Origin: Marsupella aquatica
Lineage: Eukaryota; Plantae; Marchantiophyta
Assembly: GCA_973895155.1 (NCBI GenBank)
Contig: OZ316898.1
Coordinates: 21,180,162 to 21,244,161, forward strand
Reading direction: 5' to 3'
DNA: 64,000 nucleotides
Below are positions 22,017 through 33,345 of the stretch, piece after piece (position 1 is the first letter of the stretch; every line of letters begins with the position of its first letter). A model generated the notes under the pieces. It had not been told where the DNA came from and did not search any database. It saw nothing but the letters and a program-made list of their open reading frames with translations. The translations under genes were made by a program, and so were the position numbers.

Positions 22017-25000
22017 TGTAATAGCTATCTAAATTAGAAACTTAGAAATAATGAAAAACTTTTAAAAATTTTGTAGTTAGAAATAGATTAAACATAGCCA
22101 ATTAATCTACTTTTAGATATAAGTAAGGTTAAGACTTAAGTTAGTCGGATTAATGGATAATACCCTGAGTAATTAGGTAGGGGTGAGACGAGCCAGAAGA
22201 AACTACTATCGATGTTCTCGAAGCACGGAAGGAAGATTGGTGCTGCCGCGTTTGACTATGAGTTACACAAAGCGTATCGGCGTAAAGGCGCAACGGTGCT
22301 TTGGAGCAAAAGCGCAACGGCGTATCGGCGGAAAAGCATAACAGCGCAACGGAGCAAAGGCGCAACAGCGGATCACTTGGCATTGCTCTCTTCGGATCGA
22401 TAGTTAGCGACAATGCCTTGTTTCTTGTTGCTATGGCAGACGAAGGAGGAGAGATGACTGCGAGAGGAGTTCCTCTACCTAAGGCCGTCCCTGTGACATA
22501 CCCTACGATGAAAAGAAGCTTGCACGTTTTGAAGGAAGCACTGGCGGTCATGCACCTGAGTAAATTACTCACTCTGCCTTGGTCTGCAACTTCATTGAGT
22601 TTTCTGAAGGATTGCAGTGATGGGGCACGAATCGAAGTCGGTATGGTGGGAAATGCTCGGGCGAATCCAGAATTCTGGACTCTGCAATTTGTTGCTGATG
22701 CTTTCAACTGTCCCGTCGAAGGCGACAGCTTACACTCACGACAAGGAGAGACTGCGAGGCCTTATTTTTCTGGAACTCGAAACGTCCGCCATGGATGGAA
22801 AATGGACCAGTGCACCGATTATACTCTCAAAATCATTTTAGAATTTTTGATTCCAATTCTCCATCCCATCCGGCCACATATGATACCTGTGTCACTTGCC
22901 AATACTATTGTGGCAAGTTGGAAGGGAGTTGCTCAGATAAATTGGGCCTTGTTGCTAAGACAGGTTATTTTATCTCAAGTAAAGAAGGTGAAAATGGACG
23001 AGTTCACTACTCTCCCTTCTTATCTTTGCCAGTTGTACTTTCATGGGAATTGCTTACTTCCAGGCGAACAAGAGGAGCGGATCAGACTGCTTGATGAATT
23101 TGATCTTAGTGAATCAGGAGACGAGGATACTGAAGGAGAAGATGCTGATGAAGTCCAACCGGAGGTTCCACCACCTATCTGTTCAGAGGTTACCCCTCTT
23201 ACCCATAGAGAACCACTTGTGGAACCCAGAAGAACCTCTTCACCAATTCCTGATAACCCACTATCCCCTTTCGAAGATCTCAATCGGGATAGAAGACTTT
23301 ACACCCCCCTCAATTCCAATCTTGATGAGTATACATCCGAGCCAGAACCAGTAGAAACGTCTCCACCTTCTGTACCTGTAGTTGACATATCTATCCCTAA
23401 TACTCTTCGATCACCCACAGTTCCAACTCAGAATTTATCTATAGACAGCTTGACCCCTTCAATGAGATCCCGTAAGAGACCCTTCATGTTCAGCAAACCA
23501 ACGGCTGATGAACTGAGAGTAGAATCTAATCAGCAAATTATTGATAAGTTAAGCAACTTATTGATCTGTGAACCTGAGGAGATAGTTGACTCTGTTGAGA
23601 GGTTAAGAGCAGCCTCTGTAACTCTGCCTGAACCTAGTAGTCCCGACTCTCTATACTCTCCAACCCAAGGTCCGACTCAGTTCTATCCCGAAGTGATGGA
23701 GCTATTTCGACCCACCTCCAATATTAGGGTTACAAATATTGCTGAAGCTGAACCAATGGAGGAAAATGATGCATCACCCAGGTTAGAGCTCCAACAGACA
23801 CTATCTGCTTCCCCAGGTCACTCTGCTGAACACTATCCTACTCTTATTAATAAAATGACTGACATGCTGGAGTGTGATGAGAGACACTTAATTGATGTCT
23901 TGGATGATCTTTTGCATAAGACATCAGCTTTACTTACCCGAGATCATCATCGAGAATATTGTGAGGATTTAGTCCACAGGCTTACACAGATTTTCGGATG
24001 CAACCCGAAGCAAGTCTATTCTGCCGTCCGTTATCATACCTCAGCCTCTGGCTCTCCCATTTACTATTCTTCCCCTTCTTCCAGTCATTCACCCACCTCT
24101 CCTTACAGTCCTTCGAATCAACCAGACCAACTCTATCCTAGTTTTCCAGAACCTGAGATCACCCCTACAGGTGAACATCTTGCCACTTCTTATCCTGACA
24201 CCCTTCCACCAGGTCAAGATAAATCCTGTCAGGTTAATTTCATCCCTACACTGCATATTGACCCTAAGACCCCTCAGGAGAATATTACACAATTTGCTGA
24301 GTTTGTCAGAGTTTCAGACCTTAGAACTCCTCCCATTTTAGAGTTTTGGCAATACTATCATAAGAAGAGAGTTGAATGTCTCTATATCCTGAAGCTTCAT
24401 TTGAAGGATGTCACCCGCCTAGAGATAGCAGAGATGGATGAGATCTGGACAGAGGCTAAATATTTTCGCCCTATTCTTGTTGTCCTAATCCTAGTTGGAC
24501 ACATTGTATTGGAGAATGGAGATCTGGCCTTGGCATACTTCGGGAACTTACCTGCCTATGTCTTGGAATTCATCATCAACTTTTTGAGACAAACCAACAA
24601 ACGATATCAGGTCAACCATGGTGTCCTACCAGAGAAACCCTTTATTGTTCAACAATTTTCTCACCAGTTGCTGAGAGTGAGAGAATCTGGAACAACATTA
24701 CTTCCCAGCGATTGGCTGATTACACCTTGAAGTGGCGGGAACTGTTACCTCGTGTCACCCCACTGCTATCACTTGCCAAGGACTCTGACACCTTCATCAA
24801 CAAGTTTCCACGCAACTACCATACTACTTGTTGTAGTTATGATTTGGTTGGCATCTATATGCAAGCTAGCAAGGTGAACACTATGTTTCACAGAAGACTA
24901 CTCCCCATTCTAAATGTTGAACGACAAGTCAGATCTCTTCCATTTGCTCGACATGATACACAGGCTATGGATTTCCTTCGAGAGGCGATTCAAACCGAGA

Positions 25001-26527
25001 CATTCAGGAGTTTTCAACAACCGGACCAGACAGCACTACTCCAACAAGATTAGTTCTCCTACGACAATAGTTAAGATCAGTCAATCTCTGCAATTTTAGT
25101 TAAATAGCTCAAGTAGTTAGAAAAGTCTCATACTTTTTCAGGAGATAGCCCTTATGTAGTAGAATCTCCCCTGAAAGTATCGACTTAAACCGACATGTAG
25201 TTTAGAATATATGACATTTTTAGTTTTGTAAAAAGCGTGAGTGCGCAAAGGCGCAACGGCGCTACTATGTAAAAGCGCAAAGGCGCAACGGCGCCTCCAA
25301 CACTTAGAAAAATTTCCGGAAAATGTATTTTGTTTATCCGACAGCACTTTTCACCGATTTTATTAAGGCACTTAGACACCTCAGAAAAGTCTAAAATTTT
25401 GCCAGCATGTAGCATGTATATAAATCTTCCACCTAGTAAAGTTTCACCCCATTTTGACTTTTAAGTTAGAAATTAAAATTCCGATAAACTCACTATTTAT
25501 CACAAAAGTGCAAAAAACACTTTTACTCCAGTTTACACTAGGGATAACTTTTGGTTAGTTTTTCATTCCAACAACATTCTAGTGAACCTTGAGTACTCTT
25601 ATAGCATATTTTCATACTTTTTACTTTAGTTTATGACCCTTAAGATGTGAAAGGGCATGTCCTTTCATTATCTCTTTTCCCCTTTAGTTCCTGCCACCCT
25701 ATATGTACTTGAATTTCTGCCACTTTTAGTGTGAAGAAATTTCATGAGCGCTCAGTTGCAAGATTACAACTTTGTTACCTCCATTTGTAGCAAGCACTCC
25801 ATTGCATATGAGTACTTAATACAAAGGAATTCTTCCCCCTTCAAGTCTAAATGAATGAGAAGTTTGGATCCTTGAAGTAAAATTATTGTGATTGTTAAAT
25901 CTTTTGAGTATGTAAAAATAGATTCCTTGCTGGTGATGTTCTACATATTCCTTAGTTCTTGATGCATAGTTTTTGACGTGACATTGCTTGTGCACGGGAT
26001 GCAAAGATTGTTACTTATCAATTACTTATGGCTTCAAATTTGATTATGATGGTGTCTCTTATTTGTGACACAAAGTACCGATTGGATACAGAAGTGATTG
26101 ATTACTAGTCTCCACTTAGTACCTTGGAAGGAAAAGTTGAGACATGTTGACGGCATTTTAGTAATCATCCTAGTACCGTAATCCTTTCCAGAAATGTTCT
26201 TGCGGATATACCACTTAAATCATATCAAATGAAGTTATGTTGAGGAGTCACCTTGGTTGTTTCCTAACTCCCTCACCATACCTCAAGGTTTTCATTGTGT
26301 TTTATTAATTGTTTCCATTTGTTAATTTTATTTACAATATCAAGCAGACATTTAAAACTATGCCTTGCTGAGCAACCATAGTAAAAGGCTCAACTTTGTG
26401 TTTTTGTTACCTTATTCATTCATAAGTGCTAAATCATAGAAAATCATTCCTTACATGTTCTTCCATGGGAACGAATATCGAGTTTTGGATCTTAAATGTT
26501 TATTTATGTCCCTAGTGTGATAGTACA
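22017..26527 (+). mobile_element. Giant solo LTR, family C (4511 bp)
   Basis: TGTAATA..TAGTACA termini; TSD GCCAG (22012-22016, 26528-26532); excision restores the host reading frame; no internal LTR pair or gag/pol. Confidence 0.85.
22433..25053 (+). CDS. LTR C-encoded protein, distant homologue of the family A/B LTR proteins; probable frameshift near 24715
   Basis: Open 22301..24730 (first ATG 22433) plus 24712..25053; LSKLLTLPW..VADAFNCP..HGWKMDQCTD..ILEFL..INWALLL aligns by eye with LEAFVRLPW..IAEVFGLP..NGFFRNTCTN..MIDFL..DYNGYLL. Confidence 0.75.
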
Positions 26528-27319
26528 GCCAGTCCATAATCTTCTATCATGGGAGGATGACTTGCAGGTATGTGTGGGTACAGGCATTTTGCGACCGGAT
26601 CATGCTAAATTCCATGGCAAAGTGGTCCCGGATGACCATGTAGTAGTGTTGTTGACTACAGTGATTGTATCTGATTGTAATTTGCCATTTCCAAATAGAG
26701 ACGATGATCCACCTCAGGAAATAATTGCAGATGCAGTAGGATCTCTTGTGCTTTGGCCATCAGAGTGTGTTAGTCTGCAGTGACTGAATACAAGTGTAGA
26801 TAGAATCATGTGAATTGTGTTACATTTTGACATTGCCTTGGAAAGATCCAAGAAATATCTGTACCAATTTTTCCATTTGGTAAAGAGGATGAAGGAGCCG
26901 TTGTGTGTGACATTGATATTTCTGAATTCTGTATGTATGAAACAAGTGATTGATGTCAAACTATGGCTCTATGGTGATTGTCTATGATACTTGAATCTGT
27001 TTTGTATCATTTTAGTATTAGTGTGTATGGTATAGACAAATGCTTTGTGACCTTCTTTGTAGTCTATGATGTTTGAATCTGTGAATTCATATTAGTGTAC
27101 ATGGTATAGAAGATGGCTTTCTGAAAATTTGTGTGAGGTTCTAATGTTAACATGGTGAATGGTGACCTTATAGAGTGAGTTCATTCCAAGTACACAATAA
27201 AACATGAATGGAATGTGTTATTTGTGCACAAGAGTGAGTTCATTCCAAGTAGTATAGTGGGGTCTTCATCACTCATTTCCACTTGACATGAAAGACTTGT
27301 ACATACCCCACAAAGTGTC

Positions 27320-27649
27320 TACTTTAGTCGTTTTATAAACCCACAAAGTATACTTAAAGACTACCCTCCATAACCTTTTGAGTCATTCCCAACAACTCAC
27401 CATCGCAGCCCATAAAAGATTGAAAAAGACTCACCAAACCTACCCACACAAAGACTACAATAGACTGAAAATCCAGTCTATAAAACGACTTATAAACCAG
27501 TTCTATAAAGGACTCAGTTGATCATAGTAACAAAACATACGACTCATAGTCCTATAAAGGACTGGAGTCCTTCCCAGTCGTTTCCAAGTCCTATACGGTA
27601 CTGAATAGTCGTTTAATGGGGTCTAAATACCCCCCGGTTGCTACTAGTG
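27320..27649. repeat. CACTA 3' subterminal repeats and terminal inverted repeat
   Basis: Many short AGTC(G/C)TT/TATA and GACT motifs in both orientations, ending in TAGTG. Confidence 0.75.
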
Positions 27650-28113
27650 TTATCAAGGATAAACTGACTCGGACCTAGGGGGTGTTGGCCGATGCGGTTA
27701 CGGAGAAAGAGAAGTGGAAGCAGGAGCTGAGGGACACAGAGGAGGCCCACATAGCAGCCAACAATAGGGCCATGGCGGAGACCCAAAGAAGGGAGAGGGC
27801 GTTGAAGGGGGAGCTTGAGGATATCCGCGGAGCCCTTGAGCAGAAGGAGGCCGAGTTAGGGAAATCCTATCAAGGGATTATTATGCTACAGTAGGAGCTT
27901 GCATCCCTGTCGGCCAGTTTCAAGGCCGACCTCCATGAGAAAGACCACTAGCTCAACCAGACTTATGCCAAAATGAATAAAATGGAGTCTGAGGTCGTAA
28001 TAGAGCTCGACAAGGAGCTAAGAGCAACCCAGGAGGAGAGGGCTACCTTAAAGAAGGAGTTGGAGGAAGCCTAGAAAGAGTTGGAAGAAGCCCAAAAGGA
28101 GCTGGAGGAGGCG
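27650..28113 (+). mobile_element. Older family A LTR fragment (coiled-coil coding part), host of the CACTA insertion
   Basis: Translates to IKDKLT..LADAVTEKEKWKQEL..; several stops. Confidence 0.85.
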
Positions 28114-28189
28114 AAACCCTCCCTGCCCACTATTCAGGGATATGCCTGGAGCAAAACCTACGGGAATCGGCTTGTGCAGGGCCAATTTT

Positions 28190-31100
28190 GCGGCTTAGCG
28201 GCATGGGACGCTGCTAACTCATTACTACTAACCAATTAGCATTTTACACACATATACTAGACAGATCCTTCATCGGGTCATGAGATACGTAGCCGGTCTA
28301 ATCTAGGCCTTCCCTGATCTTCCTCTCCTTGTCTGCTTTAGGTATGTTTGGATTCCGCCGCTAGAATGATCCCCATCTGGCTTGGGTAAGCCGCTAAGAC
28401 CTCTCTCAGCTCGACACATCCAACTCTCACTCCCTTGTTTACTTCCCTTCTTTGTATTAGTTGATGTGGGCACTCTTCACACAAGTTAATGCGACACACA
28501 AATCGCAAAATGACTCCTTCTGACTGAGTTATACCATCCATACAAATAGTACATCTCATACACAAGCTCTGCGAACTAAGCCGTGAGGCCAACTCTATTC
28601 AGCTCTTAGGCATGAGGAAACATGAATATACACAAGGGTCACTGTATAACTAACTAAGAGCTTCTCTTACTACTTGATCCCAGCCCTGCTGGTGCACTAA
28701 AAACTTGCTAAGGAAGAAGGCCCTGAACTCCCCGCCGCCCAGGTACTTATCCTGGCAGTGGATCCACCCAATTCCTTGCAGCGTAACCCTAATCTATCCT
28801 AACTGTAATCTACCTATGTACAGCGAGGCAGGAGCACAAGTGTCACTTTTACCAGTGGATCCATAATCCCACTAAGCTAAGTGTCAGGGCCACCTCCATG
28901 TTCTGATCCTAATTCTAAACTTGGAGATATGAGCCCGCCCTGCCCACTCACGCCTCCTCCCTCCACGTCCGCCCTCCCTTAAAGGAGCGGCCCTCCACCA
29001 CCATCATGGTAGCGGTGGCTGATCCTCAATGGATGCCCCCAACGCTCCCTCCGCAACCACTGTTGTAGGTCCGTCTTCTGACAGATTACCTACCCCGGAC
29101 AGAGTCAACTCTCCATCGGCCTGACTGGGTCCACCCTCGGCCTCGGCCTCAACATCGGCCACGGCCTCCGATACGGCTTCGGCTTCCCCGGCCTGCTCTA
29201 ATGGTGGATCCGGTACACCGGCTTCCTCACTAAGCATTCCGGCTTTGGTCGTGCCATCCCCGGATTGTAGGCCAGTTGGATCCTCTGTCGTGACCCTGCC
29301 TGAGATTGGTGTCGGGTTTACCTCCCTGGTCATGATGGCTTGAGAAGCCGTGTTACTCCCTAACCCAGAAGGTTTTTGCTTCTTCTTCTTCCCTATCTCG
29401 GCAGCTAGTCCCTTCCCCTTGCCACTTACCTCTGGCACTGGTGCAAGTGTTGCGGCCTGTCCTTTGGCCAGTACTACTCCTGGCAACTTGGTTGCCCCAC
29501 CTGGAGTTGGACTTGATGAAGCCAAACACTTAAATACTGCGGCTTGTTTCTTCAGCCACTCCGTTTGGTTGTCGGCTCGCCGTTGTAAGTTCTCCATCTT
29601 CCGCGTGCTTTCCTCCAACTCCTCCTATACTTCGTCCAGGTCCTTGCGCGCCTCCTCCAGTTCCTTCTGGGCTTCTTCCAACTCTTTCTGGGCTTCTTCC
29701 AACTCCTTCTTTAAGGTAGCCCTCTCCTCCTGGGTTACTCTTAGCTCCTTGTCGAGCTCTGTTCCTTGAAAGAGATCATTTTATAAATTTTGATGTTCCC
29801 CCGCGAAAAACCCCACGGGAAGGGCGAACAAAGAAGGCCCAAAACGGCCAGACAACAGACCCCGCCACAGGGCAGTCCCCACTAGTGTTGGGGCAGACCA
29901 AGGGCACAGGATCAACAAGCACAAAACAGCACAGGGAAAAAGAACCGCATCTACCCCCTACTCATCACATGGGCTACGAGTCACATCACAAACAACCAGC
30001 CAGTCACATCCCAGTGACGATGCAGCCGCTGCCAAAAGAGAGCCAACCCCTACGTCTCTCATCAATCCAGGTTTTGGCCCTAAGAAGTCTGGTGCATTTC
30101 CTACCCGGAAGAGAACGGCGACTAACCGCATACAGATTCTCAGCCGCCTCAGTAAGAACCAGGCCCAAATCAAATGAGCGTCTGCCATGCAAATGGAACA
30201 TATGTGTGTTCCGCCCCATCCAAAGTCGCCACAGAATCTGATGCAAAACAAAAAGTCGAGCTCTGTTACGACCTTAGACTCCATTTTATTCATCTTGGCA
30301 TAAGTCTGGTCGAGCTGGTCGTCTTTCTCATGGAGGTCGGCCTTGAAACTGGCCGACAAGGATGCAAGCTCCTGCTGTAGCATAATGATCCCTTGATAGG
30401 ATTTCCCTAACTCGGCCTCCTTGTGCTCAAGGGCTCCACGGATATCCTCAAGCTCCCCCTTCAAAGCCCTCTCCCTTCTCTGGGTCTCCGCCATGGCCCG
30501 ATTGTTGGCTACTATGTGGGCCTCCTTTGCGTCCCTCAGCTCTTGCTTCCACTTCTCCCTTTACTTAACAGCGTCGGCTAACTCTCCTTGGGTCTGAGTC
30601 AGTTTATCTTTGATAATCTTATTATCAGACTGAGCGTTATCCAATTGCCCCTGCATGATGTTTAGCTCATGCCGCTTAATCCGCAACTCATCTTGGGCTT
30701 TTCTGGCCGCCTTCAGGTCTTCCACCTCGGCTTCCTTCTCCCTAAGCCGCCGGATGACCTCGTCCTTCTTGCTTCTTTCCAAAGCCACCGCTTCTTCTAA
30801 TCGGTGCTTTTCCAACATCTCCCTGTGGAAAAAGGGTCCCTGCTCCAACTCCTCCCCAAAGATGCTGAGCGCAAGTTCCCCACACATCTCTCCGTACTCC
30901 ATGGCTCTATCGTTAGCATAGGTGGAGTAAGTAGAAGTCATCGGCATTAACCACCGTAGCCTCTGTTCACAAGCCGCCTTGCGGATCTCTTCAATCGTGG
31001 CTAGAGGGTTGCTTCTTTTTTTGGCAAGCGCCTGATGTCCTCTGGCCAATCTCCTCCTGGTAAATCTTTCTCCCTAGCCAAGGCTGCCTTCTCTTCCTCC

Positions 31101-33345
31101 CTGAGTCGCTCCTGAAACTCTTGTGCCGTCTACTTTATGCCGTCAAAGCTCGGGGGAGCGACATCTGGTGGGGGAGACTTGGGGCTACTCTGTTGGGTGG
31201 GTCCCCTCTAACGATTCTAGGAAGCATGGGGATAAACCGGCCACAGGTCCTTACTCCTGGAACATGATGGTCCGACCCGTAGCTAGAGTCGTCATGGTCG
31301 TAGTCTTCTACCGGCTCCTCTGCTGCTTGGACTACCGGCTTCCCCCTCTGTTCTCCTGGTCTTGCCGTGAAAACGGCCTCACAGCTCACGGGCCCTGGTT
31401 CCTCCCCCGGCTTCTAGGCTGTCTTCTCCCTCTGTTTTCCACGGGCAGGAGCCTTAGGCTGGTCTGCCTCGGTTTTGGGGCTGGAGGCTCCCACATACAT
31501 TCAAACTCCCGGCTCATGTTCTGGCCTCCCTCTCTCCTTGGCTCCGGTAAAGGGGTTTTCCCTCCTGAGTCGGCTTAGGCCGACTTCTGGGGCAGTGTCC
31601 TATACCGGTGGCGTTGCCGTTGCCGTCCTCTTCTCCTTCTCCAGCAATTTCAGCAGATTCTGCATGTCGGGTTGCTGCATCGGCAAGTTTTCTTTCCTTG
31701 GCCAAAACACTTGCTCGATCGTAGGACTGGCGGGCTGGTTGGGTTTCTCTGCTGCCGGCCTTTGTTCCGGAACTTCCTCTGGTGCCCTTGTCTATAGGGG
31801 AAGTATTGGGGCAAAGATCTGACTTCGGGCATACCAGCACAACAGCGGCATGTGATAGCCAAGCCGGGACACGCTTCCCATGCCGATGACCTGCTGTTCC
31901 TCCTTCAAGATCTTCTTTAGTTGGGTGAGGAGGTACCCGTTGTAGTCCCGGCTTGGGTCTGGCCTCTCCACCAGGTAGACCTGTGCCTTGCCAATCTCTG
32001 CCCTTGGCAAGTTGCAATGCATGGTCACCCGCAAGAAATCAATCATCTCTCCAATGTGCGGGTTGGTGCAGGTGTTCCGGAAGAAGCCATTCTTTGTTGA
32101 TGGCCCTGGGAATGATTGGAAATCCTTGTCAGGCAAGGTCTTCCTGGTATCCACTTTGGTCTTGTTGCCCATCGGCAAGCCAAACACTTCGGCAATCACT
32201 TGGGGAGTGAGATAGAAATCCTTCCCATACACCCTTGTGGAATTGTTCTCGGGCTCCCATGATCCCACAAATTCTAATAAGTCTGAATCCGGCACCTCCG
32301 GCTTCAGCCATGGTAATATCATAAAGGCTTCCAAGCCGGAGCCAGCCATGAAGCCCTGGTACTTCTTGGTTTGCATGGCCATAAAGCATACATCCTCCTC
32401 TTGCGCAAAATGTAGTTGCACTTCCTTGGGAAGGGTCGCCGCCCAACCTTTCCAGGTGTCATCTTTTGTTGGAATGGCATTGATGGGATCGACCTCCTCC
32501 TTGTTGGCTTCTCCCTGCCTCTTGCTCCCCTGCTCAACTGGCCTTCTTGGTGCCGCCGATCTTGTCCTTTTCGCCGGGGTGGCCTCTTCGTTGTTGTTTC
32601 CTTTCCTCTTCATCGCGGCTGCCGTGGATGTTTCTTCTAGCACGGTTGCCTTCGTCCACCCCTCCGTGCTACCCTTCAACTCCCAGTGCACGTTGTTGCA
32701 GCGGTTGATGGCTTCTCGGATGCCGATGATTCTATTTTCGCAAAATAGAAGGTTGTCGAGCTGATTGGCAGTAGGAGTCCACAAGAACTCAGCCTTGATA
32801 AGTTCTCCTCATAAGAAGGCAGACTTCTGCAGCTCCCACAGTCAAGCAAGCTCCTGCCATTCTCGAGCTGCTCTCTCCGATTCTTCATCCTCGTAAGTCC
32901 CAAGGTACTCAGTTGCCCATTCGAACAGGCATCCCCAGAAATGAGCACTTGATTTACGTTGCTGATACCCTTCTTGAGTTGATCGTCGGTATCTGCTCCC
33001 GCCTAGAGTGCTTGCCTAAGCAGCTGATAGTAGGTGGCCTCACGTAGTTGTCTGCCTAGTTTGTGCTTGCAAATGAGCCACCATTCCTCGCAAGCAGTCC
33101 TTACCCCTCTCTTCCTCTGATCTTCCCTTCCGTTGGTTACCTCTAGCCGCTGACACTTAGCGCGCCCTAACCCTAATCGTGTTCTCTCCCCCTGCGTCCT
33201 TACCTCCGGCCTCGGCCCGGGTTCCATAGTCACCCTCAATTGTTTATATTTTCCTTGTTTTTTTGTTACTATACTAATGTGTTTCTAGGGTACATTCCAG
33301 TTTTCCCCATTTAACTGGCCTAGTGATTCCTGGCTAGGCATCACA
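28190..33345 (-). mobile_element. Older family A LTR, nearly complete, with degenerate LTR ORF
   Basis: Collinear with 2990-7561; ends GGCATCACA at 33345; ORF pieces 31792..32784, 30561..31049, 29004..29618. Confidence 0.9.
29764..30254 (-). mobile_element. 5'-truncated LINE (L1-type ORF2 C-terminus plus 3' UTR)
   Basis: 13-bp TSD GTCGAGCTCTGTT (29751-29763, 30255-30267); ILWRLWMGRNTHMF matches the LINE ORF2 W-x-x-W-x-x-RN-x-x-x-F motif. Confidence 0.8.

Larger units (their letters stand above)
19110..26783 (+). pseudogene. CACTA second gene (TnpA/Ptta-like, multi-exon), split by solo LTR C; start approximate
   Basis: QWTRL..KSELM..GRGSY segment (20076-20455); C-terminal FHG..VVV..LPFP..DAVGSLVLWP (Tnp1/Transposase_23-like); removing 22017-26532 restores the frame ATAEP-VHNLLSW. 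Confidence 0.7.
1336..27649 (+). mobile_element. CACTA (En/Spm) DNA transposon, 5' part outside window, interrupted by LTR elements
   Basis: Transposase motifs, a second Ptta/Tnp1-like gene, subterminal repeats and a 3' terminus ..CTACTAGTG (reverse complement CACTAGTAG) at 27649. Confidence 0.85.
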
